A stretch of 56,551 nt of DNA from Promethearchaeota archaeon (GCA_008080765.1 SHMU01000002.1:1-56551); one strand, 5' to 3'; counted from the stretch's first letter, positions 18,736 to 27,889 are shown. The notes: generated by a model from the letters alone, not told the origin. Made by a program: numbers and translations.

Positions 18736-19005
18736 TTAGTCGGAGGCGAGATTTACAAAGATTACATTGTCGCCGCGGACCACTATTGAACCCAGATCCT
18801 CGTTTTCCTCATTTATATTACCGCTTTCATCTTGAAATTCAAAAATCTGACTGGTCTCTTCTAAATACAAGTTTAAATGCTCGTCAAATCCTTCAAGTCG
18901 TCCCCTAAATAATCTATTTCTTTTCACTTTTATAAGGATTATCTGATTCAATGAATCCTTAAGGTAGTCGATCGGCCTTTTGGCATTATAACGTTTGCGT
19001 TCCAT
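18736..19005 (-). CDS. Sm-like archaeal protein (SmAP/LSm)
   Basis: Sm1 LIKVKRNRLFRGRLEGFDEHLNLYLEE and Sm2 LGSIVVRGDNVIFV. Confidence 0.85.
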   Translation of the reverse strand: MERKRYNAKRPIDYLKDSLNQIILIKVKRNRLFRGRLEGFDEHLNLYLEETSQIFEFQDESGNINEENEDLGSIVVRGDNVIFVNLASD

Positions 19006-19178
19006 AAATTAAACAACACTTCAAAAAAAATTATACTTGTGATCAATTAATCTAAAGACTAATTAAAATCTTATCATTTTAAAAAATGAAACGTGATAAA
19101 ACAGAAAATAGAAAAACTAATTAATCGATATACACTAAAAGATCCAAGATACTAATAGTACTTTTGAACATAGATAAG

Positions 19179-19325
19179 ATGAATGAAGTTAAGGATGAAT
19201 TAACGAATTGTTGTGTGAAGAATTGTCAAAAACAGATCAAAAAATCGCAAGCAATTACTATTGAGGGAAAAATATTCTGTAAAATCTGTGGAACTGCCTT
19301 CTATAGACAAGTTTTTTCATTTTAA
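19179..19325 (+). CDS. Small zinc-ribbon protein (48 aa), below the ORF-track cutoff
   Basis: ATG at 19179, TAA at 19323-19325. Sequence MNEVKDELTNCCVKNCQKQIKKSQAITIEGKIFCKICGTAFYRQVFSF has CxxxC...CxxC. Confidence 0.4.
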   Translation: MNEVKDELTNCCVKNCQKQIKKSQAITIEGKIFCKICGTAFYRQVFSF

Positions 19326-19339
19326 TATTTAACATTCAC

Positions 19340-19886
19340 ATCATTATAGAAAATATGAATATTTCTCCAAAGACCTTCTTGTATCCGTGTTCTATGGAAG
19401 GGATGCCAGAATGCTCGGCAACGGATGGTCTTGAGCTTGAAATATAGTCTGCTCAATCTGCTCGCGAATTCCGCCTTATATACACCCGAAAGGGCTATCC
19501 TTTTGTAAAAATGGGAGACCTCCTTAACTCTTCTTTTCTAATACATCACAGAATGGAGCAGATGTATTTCACCCTTCACCCTTCACCTTAGGTCCTACTA
19601 TATTATTAGGAGATAACCTATACTCCTCATTTATATACTACAAGAGTGCGATAATTGGTTGAGAGATGATCCCCTCTGATCATAACTATTGTGAGAAGGT
19701 GCAATTGAAGTTAGAGGTAATATAAGATTGACCCGAAAGAAGGTGTGCGGATGAAGATACACTGCGGCTCAGGAGATCAGTAGCATACTCTCTCCATCCT
19801 ATATGCATGTAAAACATGTCCTAATGTGTCAGAAATTTCGGCAACTATGAATTGCCCTTCACCAATTAAATATTGGTAGTTTTAAT
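19340..19886 (+). mobile_element. Decayed IS200/IS605-family relic: tnpB 3' pseudogene remnant plus omega-RNA/RE-like end
   Basis: This is a GC-richer island with no long ORF. GAGGTAATATAAG (19714-19726) matches GAGATAATATAAG of the 38.7-kb element. The frame reads GAIEVRGNI (compare GITEIKALRDNI). A terminal hairpin ACCAAT-TAAAT-ATTGGT (19861-19877) is followed by TAGTTTTAAT, as in the other right ends. Confidence 0.5.
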
Positions 19887-19965
19887 TTCCGAATATTTCA
19901 AATCTAATATGCTATATATTTGGATTACTAAACATTTTTAAACATTAAAGTGCACGTATGTATAT

Positions 19966-20730
19966 ATGGATTCTTTTGAATTAACCTTTTATTATTATTT
20001 CCTCCTTGGAATGATTTTTATTGGTCTAGTTGTATTTATTATCTTATTCTTTGTCACAGCGGGGTATGGTCAGCATTATAAAAAAGAAAAATGGGGTTCT
20101 GCTGTAAATGACAGAGTAGGGTGGGTAATTATGGAAATCCCAACGGTTATCGTGTATATTGTTCTTTATTTTATGGGAAATTATCATTTTGAGTTTTTTA
20201 CGATATTATTTTCCTCCCTCTTCCTAATGCATTATGGGTATCGAACTTTCATTTTTCCCATGTTAATTCGTGGGAAGAATAAGATGCCCATTACAATCAT
20301 CATATTTGGAATGATGTTTAATACAGCAAACGCCTATCTACAAGGAAGGTGGATTAATACCCTTTATAAATATCAGATAAACCATTTAATCAATCCATTT
20401 TTTATTATAGGGATTAGTATTTTCGTTATTGGCTTTTCAATCCATGCTCACTCAGATCATATTATCAGAAATTTACGAAAGCCCGGGGAAAATGAATTTA
20501 AAATTCCTAAAGGAGGGATGTTTAAATATGTAAGCTGTCCTAGCTATTTGGGAGAGATTACAGAGTGGTGTGGGTGGTGGCTTATGACCTTAAGCCTTAG
20601 TGGATTCGTGTTTTTTCTCTGGACTTTTTTTAATCTGTCTCCAAGAGCGCGCAGTAATCACAAATGGTATCTAACCACATTTCCAGAATATCCTGAAAAT
20701 CGAAAGGCTCTTATCCCTTTTATCTATTAA
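19966..20730 (+). CDS. 3-oxo-5-alpha-steroid 4-dehydrogenase / polyprenol reductase (SRD5A) family membrane protein
   Basis: C-terminal signature KIPKGGMFKYVSCPSYLGEITEWCGWWLM, multiple TM helices, 254 aa. Confidence 0.8.
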   Translation: MDSFELTFYYYFLLGMIFIGLVVFIILFFVTAGYGQHYKKEKWGSAVNDRVGWVIMEIPTVIVYIVLYFMGNYHFEFFTILFSSLFLMHYGYRTFIFPMLIRGKNKMPITIIIFGMMFNTANAYLQGRWINTLYKYQINHLINPFFIIGISIFVIGFSIHAHSDHIIRNLRKPGENEFKIPKGGMFKYVSCPSYLGEITEWCGWWLMTLSLSGFVFFLWTFFNLSPRARSNHKWYLTTFPEYPENRKALIPFIY

Positions 20731-20749
20731 GTTGTTTATAAAAAAAGAA

Positions 20750-20854
20750 CAGGTCCGGGGGGATATGTTCTCTTAATAATAAGTTTATTTTGACTTGAAC
20801 CCCCGATTAACAGCTTAGGAGGCTGCTGCCATATCCTGGCTTGGCCACGGACCT
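20750..20854 (-). tRNA. tRNA-Arg (anticodon CCU) with a ~30-nt non-canonical intron in the T-loop
   Basis: Manual cloverleaf on the minus strand: acceptor AGGUCCG/CGGACCU, U8, D-stem GCCA/UGGC, anticodon stem GCAGC/GCUGU, loop CUCCUAA, variable UAAUC, T-stem GGGGG/CCCCC. The 37 nt between the T-stem halves should be 7 nt. CCA is not encoded. Confidence 0.8.
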
Positions 20855-21048
20855 AAAATTCTACTTTTTATGAGTAAATAAAGGTAGGATAGAATAAAAA
20901 TTTTAGACCCTATCATTCAAGTTATAGTTGATTTCTCTTCCTCTACTAATAAGAGAGTTTAAAATATATAGCATAATATTTCTTTAGAAACAAGAAGTTG
21001 AAATTTATAAAACAAAGAAAAATAAAAGGAATAAAAAAATGTTCTAAT

Positions 21049-23811
21049 TTATTTTTTAGCATATTTTCTCTTTCGATAATACAGTTTTATCAATTCTTCT
21101 GCAATCACTGTAATGAATGCCAAAAGAACGATAATAAACCACTCATTCCAAGCTAAAGGAGCAATTTGAAAGATATCTGCGAGAAAAGGAATATATATTA
21201 AAACTAAATTCAATATAAAGCTTAAAAATACCGCTCCTAATAGCCATAAGTTATTAAAGAAATTCTTCTGAAAGATGGTTTGCCGTTCCGATCTACAATT
21301 GAAGACATTAAGCAATTCACAAATGATCAAGGTAGAAAAAACAAAGGATCGTGGCAAATAAAGTTCTGAAGCATACTTATCCAATTGTCTCCAATTTGGG
21401 ACATAAATTTGTAGAGCTATGATGTATAAAGAAAGGCAGATAATTGTGATAATAATTGCTCTGGATAATATGGATATTGCAAATCGTTTCGTGATGATAT
21501 TTTCATTGGGATCTCTTGGTCTTCTTTCCATTATATCTTCTTCATAGGGATCAACAGAGAGAGCCAATGCGGGTAATCCATCGGTCATAAGATTAATCCA
21601 TAGGATTTGAATTGCTATTAAAGGTAAGGGCAATCCGAGCACAATTCCAATAAATATTAACATAATTTCTGCGATATTACATGAAATCAAAAAAAGGATG
21701 AATTTTTTCATGTTATCGTAAATGCCCCTCCCTTCTTCTATTGCATTTACAATTGTTGCAAAATTATCATCTGCTAAAATCATATCAGATGCTTCTTGCG
21801 ACACATCAGTTCCTGTAATCCCCATTGCAATTCCCGTATCTGCCTTTTTCAGTGCGGGAGCATCATTTACTCCGTCTCCCGTCATAGCAACAATTTCCCC
21901 TTTCTCTTGAAGCATATTTACTATTCTTAGTTTATGTTCTGGAGCTACTCTTGCAAAGAGTTTGCATCCTAGTAATTGGTCATCTGACAATTTATCTATT
22001 ATTTGACCCGTTATAATTGTACCATCCTCTTTTGAAACTATGTTTAATTCACTTCCGATTGCCTTGGCAGTAGTAGCTTGATCTCCCGTAATCATAATTA
22101 CCTCTACACTTGCCTCTCTTGCTCTTGCAATTGCTTCTTTTACTTCTGAACGAGGAGGATCGATCATTCCCACCAATCCAATAAAGATTAAATCCTCTTC
22201 AATTAATTCTGGTTTGCATTGGAAATCTTGTTGAGTGCACTTATCGAATGCAGCGCCTAATACTCTTAGCGCTTTTTCTGCCATTTCATTATTTATCTTA
22301 ATTATATTTGATCTGTCCTCTTCGCTAAGAGGGCGAATTGTTCCGTCAACTAGAATTCTATTACATAAATTTAGGACAATTTCTGGGGCTCCTTTCATAT
22401 AAAGGAGATCGTCATTTGTTTGTTGTTCTTTTACAATAACAGACATTCTTTTTCTTTCAGAATCAAAAAAGTATTCTTGAATTCTTTCATATCTTTTATT
22501 GAGTTGTTCTGCGTGTAATTTGAGCTTTTCCCCTAATACAATAAAAGCCCCTTCCGTTGGATCTCCTTGGATGGTAAACTGTCCTTTCTTATTTTGTACT
22601 AATTCTGCATTATTAGCCAGTACTCCCGCTAAAGCGAGTTCATAAATCGTGGATTTTCTTTCAGGCTCAATAATAGTGTTATTTTGCTTAATAACTCCTT
22701 TAGGCTCATAACCCTCACCAGACACCTCATAAAGGATGAAATCTGTGTAAATTCTCTTAATAGTCATCTCATTCCGTGTTAAAGTTCCCGTTTTATCGGT
22801 ACATATTGTCGTAGTTGCTCCTAAAGTTTCGATTGCAGGTAACTTTCGAATGATTGCATTGCGATTTGCCATCCTCGTCACTCCAATCGCTAATGTGGTA
22901 GTCACCACCACTGGAAGCCCCTCTGGAATCGCTGCAACCGCTAGACTAATGGTTTCTATAAATGAGAGTAATAAAGATTCATCGCGCAGTATATTTAAAA
23001 TAAAGATCACAACACAAATTATTAATATAATAATCCCCAGTTGACGACCAAATTTCTTTAATTTTCGATTTAGAGGTGTATCTGTATCAATTTGGGTTTG
23101 GATTAAATTTGCAATTTTTCCAACTTCTGTGGACATACCAGTATCAGTTATGAGAATTTTTGCCCTTCCATTGGTCACAATAGTAGAAGAGAACACTATA
23201 TTTGTTTGATCATTTATGGGTATGGATTGTCCCTTTTCTACAATTATTTTTTCAGAAGTTTTATGTACAGGTACGCTTTCCCCCGTTAGAGTGGATTCGT
23301 CCACATAAAGATTTATATCTTTAATTACTCTTCCATCTGCCGGTATTTTGTTTCCTTTTTCGACCAATACTAAATCTCCAGGAACAATTTCTAAAGAGCT
23401 GACTTCCTTTTTTTCTCCCGCTCTTACCACTTTAGCCTTTAATGCTCCTAATTCCTTTAATGCGTTTAAAGCTTCTTCTGCCCTGCTTTCTTGAATAAAA
23501 CCCAAAAACGCGTTTGCCAGAAGAATTGCCCAGATTATTATTGATTCAATATATTCTCCTACTATTGCACTAATTAACGCAGCAATAATTAGGATAATGA
23601 TTAAAAAATCGTTAAATTGTTTAAAAAATAATTTAAGTTTTGAATCTTTTTTTTGGGCTGTCAGTTCATTTCTCCCAAATATCTGCAAGCGTTTTAGTGC
23701 CTCTTCTTTTGATACTCCTCTTTCTGAAGACTCTAGTATCTCCAAGCTTTTTTCAACTGATTTGTCGTAAAAACTCTCTTTTTCTAAAATCGAAACGCTT
23801 TTTTTGCTCAT
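21049..23811 (-). CDS. P-type ATPase, type IIA (SERCA/PacL-like Ca2+ or cation pump)
   Basis: TGES, PEGLP (AAIPEGLPVVVTT), phosphorylation site ICTDKTGTLT, TGDGVNDAPALK; 920 aa with 10 predicted TM segments. Confidence 0.9.
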   Translation of the reverse strand: MSKKSVSILEKESFYDKSVEKSLEILESSERGVSKEEALKRLQIFGRNELTAQKKDSKLKLFFKQFNDFLIIILIIAALISAIVGEYIESIIIWAILLANAFLGFIQESRAEEALNALKELGALKAKVVRAGEKKEVSSLEIVPGDLVLVEKGNKIPADGRVIKDINLYVDESTLTGESVPVHKTSEKIIVEKGQSIPINDQTNIVFSSTIVTNGRAKILITDTGMSTEVGKIANLIQTQIDTDTPLNRKLKKFGRQLGIIILIICVVIFILNILRDESLLLSFIETISLAVAAIPEGLPVVVTTTLAIGVTRMANRNAIIRKLPAIETLGATTTICTDKTGTLTRNEMTIKRIYTDFILYEVSGEGYEPKGVIKQNNTIIEPERKSTIYELALAGVLANNAELVQNKKGQFTIQGDPTEGAFIVLGEKLKLHAEQLNKRYERIQEYFFDSERKRMSVIVKEQQTNDDLLYMKGAPEIVLNLCNRILVDGTIRPLSEEDRSNIIKINNEMAEKALRVLGAAFDKCTQQDFQCKPELIEEDLIFIGLVGMIDPPRSEVKEAIARAREASVEVIMITGDQATTAKAIGSELNIVSKEDGTIITGQIIDKLSDDQLLGCKLFARVAPEHKLRIVNMLQEKGEIVAMTGDGVNDAPALKKADTGIAMGITGTDVSQEASDMILADDNFATIVNAIEEGRGIYDNMKKFILFLISCNIAEIMLIFIGIVLGLPLPLIAIQILWINLMTDGLPALALSVDPYEEDIMERRPRDPNENIITKRFAISILSRAIIITIICLSLYIIALQIYVPNWRQLDKYASELYLPRSFVFSTLIICELLNVFNCRSERQTIFQKNFFNNLWLLGAVFLSFILNLVLIYIPFLADIFQIAPLAWNEWFIIVLLAFITVIAEELIKLYYRKRKYAKK

Positions 23812-24207
23812 TTAAAATTATTCAAATATTATTTTTTATTTTTTAAGATTTTGATAAATAAAAATACTATAAATCTAAATTGAAAATATTAATTTCAATT
23901 TTTCATTTATATAATATTAAATCCCTTCGGTCTTTGCCTCCTAGGCTCTTTAAATTTTAAGAGTAATTTGAGAATTTAAAAGATAATATCTTTTTAGAAT
24001 AAAACTTATCTTCATAATTTATAGATCTTAGTTGATAAAGAGACAATTAACTTACTTTTTAATCAAAAGATAAGAAAATTGGATACATAATTCATAATTG
24101 AATAATAATGTTTTTCATTTATCTCTTTTCAATCGTTCTGTTTTATTGGACATAATGTTTCTTTAAATACTTGGAAGACCTTTAGTAAAAATGAAGAAAT
24201 ATTAGAG

Positions 24208-25953
24208 GTGAAATTTTTGACAAAAAAGATATTAAGAGTTGACATGAAAAATCTTAAAACTGAATTCCAAGATTTACCTGAGGAGTATCAGACACTCGGG
24301 GGAAGAGGTTTAACATCAACAATAATTTCAAAAGAAGTTCCTCCCACTTGTAATCCTTTAGGACCTCACAATAAATTAATCTTCGCTCCAGGAATTGTAA
24401 CAGGTACAAAGGCACCAAGTTCAGGTCGTATTTCGGTAGGTGCTAAATCTCCCTTAACCGGGGGAATAAAAGAAGCTAATGCGGGTACTAAATTTGCTCA
24501 AATGTTAGGTAGAATGCAAATTGCTGCAATCATCATCGAAGGCAAAAATGAAGGAGATGATTATTATGCTTTGAATCTCAGTCAAGATAATGCGGGTCTC
24601 GTTAATGTAAATAAATGGGTGAATCGAGGATTATATGAGGTATATAAAGAAATTTTCGAAGAGCGGGGAGAACATGTAGGGATTGCTGGAGTAGGAATCG
24701 CCGCTGAGATGCTTGCTGCTAATACTGGAATCGCATTCAATGATCCAGAAGGCCTTCCCAGTAGATACTCGGGAAGAGGCGGCTTAGGGGCAGTAATGGC
24801 ATCTAAAAAATTGAAATTCATCATTATTGATGAAACAGGTGCACCAGGAGTTACATTAGCAGATGAAGAGCTTTTTAAGAAAGGGACAAAAAAATTGTTA
24901 AATTCATTAACAACACACGATGTCACAAAACCTCATGGAGCACTAAATTCCTACGGTACTAGTGTTCTAGTAAACATAATTAACGAAGCTCGGGGATTAC
25001 CTCAATGTAACTTTTCAGTAGGACAAACCGATGAAGCTGCACAAGTATCCGGAGAAGCAAAAGCCGAAGAGATCAAGAAGAGGGGCGGAACACGCCCGCA
25101 TTCATGCCATCCGGGCTGTGTTATGCAATGCAGCGAAGTATGGACTAAAAAAAGTGGAAAAGATCCTGTGGGTGTTTTAGAGTATGAATCTGTATGGGCT
25201 TTAGGACCCAATTGTGGCATCTACGATCTGGATATTATAGGAGAATTAAATAGAGCATGTAATGATTTGGGCATGGACACTATAGAGGCTGGAAATACAA
25301 TTGCCGTTGCAATGGACGGAGGTCTTTTAGAGTTTGGGGACGGCGAACGGGCACTAGAATTAATGGATGAAATCCGAAAGAAAACACCCTTAGGGAGAAT
25401 ACTTGCAAATGGTACGGAATTTACTGGGAAAGCGTTTGGAGTAACCAGAATTCCTGTCGTAAAACACCAAGCTATGCCCGCCTATGACCCACGGGCAATA
25501 AAAGGAATTGGGGTAACATATGCAACAAGTCCCATGGGCGCAGATCATACCGCGGGGTACGCCATTGCGACCGAAATCATGGGTGTTGGGGGAGAGGCAG
25601 ATCCTCGCTCTACTAAAAAAGCAGAACTATCACGAAATCTTCAAGCTGCCACAGCCGTAATTGATTCTACAGGGTATTGTTTGTTCACAGCTTTTGCAGT
25701 GCTAGATATCCCTGAAGGACTTGAAGGAATGGTGGAAAGTGTGAATGGAGTATTAGGAACAAGCTTAACCGTTGATGATATCGGACCTCTTGGGATGGAC
25801 ATACTTAAAACTGAACGAGATTTTAATAAGGCTGCGGGATTTACAAAACAAGATGACCGAATACCTGAATTTTTGCGAGAAGAGAAATTTCCCCCTTCTG
25901 GAGAAGTATTTGATGTACCAGATGAAGAATTAGACAGTGTTTTTGGAGATTAG
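24208..25953 (+). CDS. aor: Aldehyde:ferredoxin oxidoreductase (tungstopterin AOR family)
   Basis: N-terminal KILRVDM...GGRGL, SGRISVGAKSPLTGG, RYSGRGGLGAVM, CHPGC Fe-S ligands, DTIEAG, GADHT. The start could be the TTG at 24217, which is better spaced from GAGGTGA. Confidence 0.9.
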   Translation: MKFLTKKILRVDMKNLKTEFQDLPEEYQTLGGRGLTSTIISKEVPPTCNPLGPHNKLIFAPGIVTGTKAPSSGRISVGAKSPLTGGIKEANAGTKFAQMLGRMQIAAIIIEGKNEGDDYYALNLSQDNAGLVNVNKWVNRGLYEVYKEIFEERGEHVGIAGVGIAAEMLAANTGIAFNDPEGLPSRYSGRGGLGAVMASKKLKFIIIDETGAPGVTLADEELFKKGTKKLLNSLTTHDVTKPHGALNSYGTSVLVNIINEARGLPQCNFSVGQTDEAAQVSGEAKAEEIKKRGGTRPHSCHPGCVMQCSEVWTKKSGKDPVGVLEYESVWALGPNCGIYDLDIIGELNRACNDLGMDTIEAGNTIAVAMDGGLLEFGDGERALELMDEIRKKTPLGRILANGTEFTGKAFGVTRIPVVKHQAMPAYDPRAIKGIGVTYATSPMGADHTAGYAIATEIMGVGGEADPRSTKKAELSRNLQAATAVIDSTGYCLFTAFAVLDIPEGLEGMVESVNGVLGTSLTVDDIGPLGMDILKTERDFNKAAGFTKQDDRIPEFLREEKFPPSGEVFDVPDEELDSVFGD

Positions 25954-25973
25954 GATTAGGTAGTGTTTGGTTT

Positions 25974-26282
25974 ATGAAGGTTAGAGTAAAAATATTTGGA
26001 AATCTAAAAGACCATTTGCCCGAAGAATTCTTAAATAACCGGGGTCCTGGCATACCTACGATTATATCTTTGGAATTGAATACAAATTCCAAAAAGCCAT
26101 ACAAAATCAAGGATTTAATTGAACACTTAGAGTTAACCCCCGAGAATCTTAGCCATATCTTTATCAATGGGGTGTACTCTGGATTGAAAAAAAATATTGC
26201 TGCGGGAGATACAATTGCCTTATTTCCAAAAGATATGGCACTCTTGTATAAATGGTATTTTAAAAAAGAGGAAGATAAATGA
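25974..26282 (+). CDS. MoaD/ThiS-family beta-grasp protein lacking a C-terminal Gly-Gly
   Basis: MKVRVKIFGNLKDHL...GDTIALFP matches the MoaD pattern. It continues KDMALLYKWYFKKEEDK instead of ending in GG. Its stop overlaps the next start (ATGA). Confidence 0.65.
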   Translation: MKVRVKIFGNLKDHLPEEFLNNRGPGIPTIISLELNTNSKKPYKIKDLIEHLELTPENLSHIFINGVYSGLKKNIAAGDTIALFPKDMALLYKWYFKKEEDK

Positions 26283-26527
26283 GTGAAGATACAATTGAAA
26301 TAACTGTAAAATTTTTTGCCAACCTTCGAGAATACGGTCCAGAAAAAGCTGTTGATACCTACCCGAAAGGAAGTCAAGTAAAGCAGATTATAGAACGATA
26401 TAAAATACCCAAAGAAGTCCAAAAAAGTTTAATTATTTTGATCAATGGAATACCCCACAAAACAGGTAATTCAGTACTTCATGATGGCGACCTCGTGAGT
26501 ATTTTTCCTCCCATTGGTGGAGGCTGA
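26279..26527 (+). CDS. MoaD/ThiS/SAMP-like ubiquitin-fold protein ending in ...PPIGGG
   Basis: VKFFANLREYG...DGDLVSIFPPIGGG-stop; 82 aa; translationally coupled to the upstream gene. Confidence 0.75.
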   Translation: MSEDTIEITVKFFANLREYGPEKAVDTYPKGSQVKQIIERYKIPKEVQKSLIILINGIPHKTGNSVLHDGDLVSIFPPIGGG

Positions 26528-26943
26528 GGTAATAAAAGAGGAATCCCATCTCCCTTGGAGTACTTTATTTTTTTATTTATTCTCAAATTATTTGAACCAA
26601 CTTTCCAATATGAATTTTTATGCTCTCTCGTTTTTTCTTGATTAAAAGAAAGATTCAATTCATAGCTCAAACCGATTTTACGTAATATTTTTCTGATTGG
26701 GCACTCGTATTTCCCTTCACAAAGTCGACGATTGATCTCAGAACTCTTAATAGCGGTAGAGCATATGATTTCCGTTAATACTAAGCGGTCAATGGCATCT
26801 GCTAAATTTTCACAATCACACACAATATCTTTCATGATATTGGGAAGATATAAAATAATATCATCAGTGATTGAATGATGTGTTGCTCGAGCGCTTTTCA
26901 ATAGGATATGTCCTTTATGTAATATTATTTTTAAATTGTTCAT
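26479..26943 (-). CDS. Hypothetical Cys-rich protein
   Basis: 154-aa ORF. Its 3' end overlaps the convergent gene by 49 nt. No recognisable family. Confidence 0.4.
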   Translation of the reverse strand: MNNLKIILHKGHILLKSARATHHSITDDIILYLPNIMKDIVCDCENLADAIDRLVLTEIICSTAIKSSEINRRLCEGKYECPIRKILRKIGLSYELNLSFNQEKTREHKNSYWKVGSNNLRINKKIKYSKGDGIPLLLPQPPPMGGKILTRSPS

Positions 26944-27375
26944 TGCGTTATGTTCAATTATTCATATCAATATATAGTAAGGTTGATAAATAATTGATTA
27001 TACAAAAACCTTATCAGAACCTAAATTCATTTGAGAATAATGATATCTACTTCCACTATAAACCTCTCTTTATATAATCATCAGTTTTATTAAAACTCAT
27101 ACTACCCATATAATTTTTTTTTAGTAAAAAATGGTTAAATTATACAATGAACGCATGTGAAGTCTTAACTCTGTAAAATCGAAATTACTAAATCGATGGG
27201 CACTCCCCTTTTAAAAGACTAAAAAACCTAAGAAACGCAATTAAAACTACCTTAAAAAGGAGAAAAAAAAGAAAACCCAAACCGTAAGTATATTAGAATA
27301 ATTTGTTATACCTCGAGTACGTGAGGACCTCCCTCATTTGTGGAACACAACTCTCATTTCGAGAGACATACATGA

Positions 27376-27505
27376 GACCCTACCTTTCTGAAGGAGGGGC
27401 AACTCTCATGAGAAGGAGTAAAAGTAGTCGGAGAGGGGTTTATCCACACTCTATCCGATAGAGGCTACTGGGTTTAGCCTGTGCGACTAAGGGACATGTT
27501 CCAAC
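27376..27505 (+). mobile_element. Orphan omega-RNA/right-end-like relic related to the window-edge tnpB elements
   Basis: By-eye alignment to 160-300: ACCCTACCTTTCTGAAGGA vs ACCCTCCTTGAAGGA; GGAGAGGGGTTTATCCACAC vs GGAAGGGGTTTACCGCGAC; GCCTGTGCGACTAAGGGA vs GCTTAGTGGACTCGTGGGA; end GTTCCAAC vs GCTTCAAC. There is no adjacent ORF. Confidence 0.45.
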
Positions 27506-27889
27506 CTTCGCATGAACAAATTTTATTAAAAACTGTTCCCATTTTTTAACATTTTTAATATTATTGATACCCTGAAGCGATATAATTTCATAAAAAGCTT
27601 GAAAATACTTTATATCTAAAACATATCGTATTTTTTCCTTCCTTTTACATAAATCAGAAATCCTTCTTATATATTTATTGCATTAGTATTTTGATATAAC
27701 CATGAGTAACCTAAAATATTGATGAAATGAAATTAATTATTGACAGAGATAATAATCAATATTAATAAAACAATGCTTATGAATTGCTTTAAAGGATTTA
27801 AAAACAGCGCAAAAAAAAGAAAAAATTTTACTAATTTATCATATTATAACTAACTATATCTTTTTAAGAAAATAGAATTTTGATTAAAA

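Noticed and set aside
19380-19890. Possible RNase P RNA or SRP RNA. The minus strand has TAAGGTGAAGGGTGAAGGGTG, reminiscent of the GGGUGAAAGGGUG region of RNase P, and AUAGAACACGGAUAC, reminiscent of ACAGAAnnCGGCUUA. The plus strand has AAUGGAGCAGAUG, reminiscent of SRP helix 8.
   Set aside because: No GGAAAGUCC-type CR-I/P4 strand on either strand, and no GNAR-capped helix-8 stem. The region instead shows ordered similarity to the tnpB 3'/RE copies at 38.7 and 43.8 kb.
21722-25220. Short ORFs opposite the P-type ATPase (21722.., 22850.., 23640..) and opposite AOR (24582..24926, 25002..25220)
   Set aside because: They are antisense to long, motif-rich CDSs. Their Ser/Pro/Ala-rich translations are typical of reverse-frame artefacts.
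25841-26422. 193-aa minus-strand ORF overlapping the AOR 3' end and both MoaD-like genes
   Set aside because: Its sequence is low-complexity F/L/S/Y-rich. The plus-strand ORFs have recognisable MoaD features and an ATGA coupling overlap, so this ORF is an antisense artefact.
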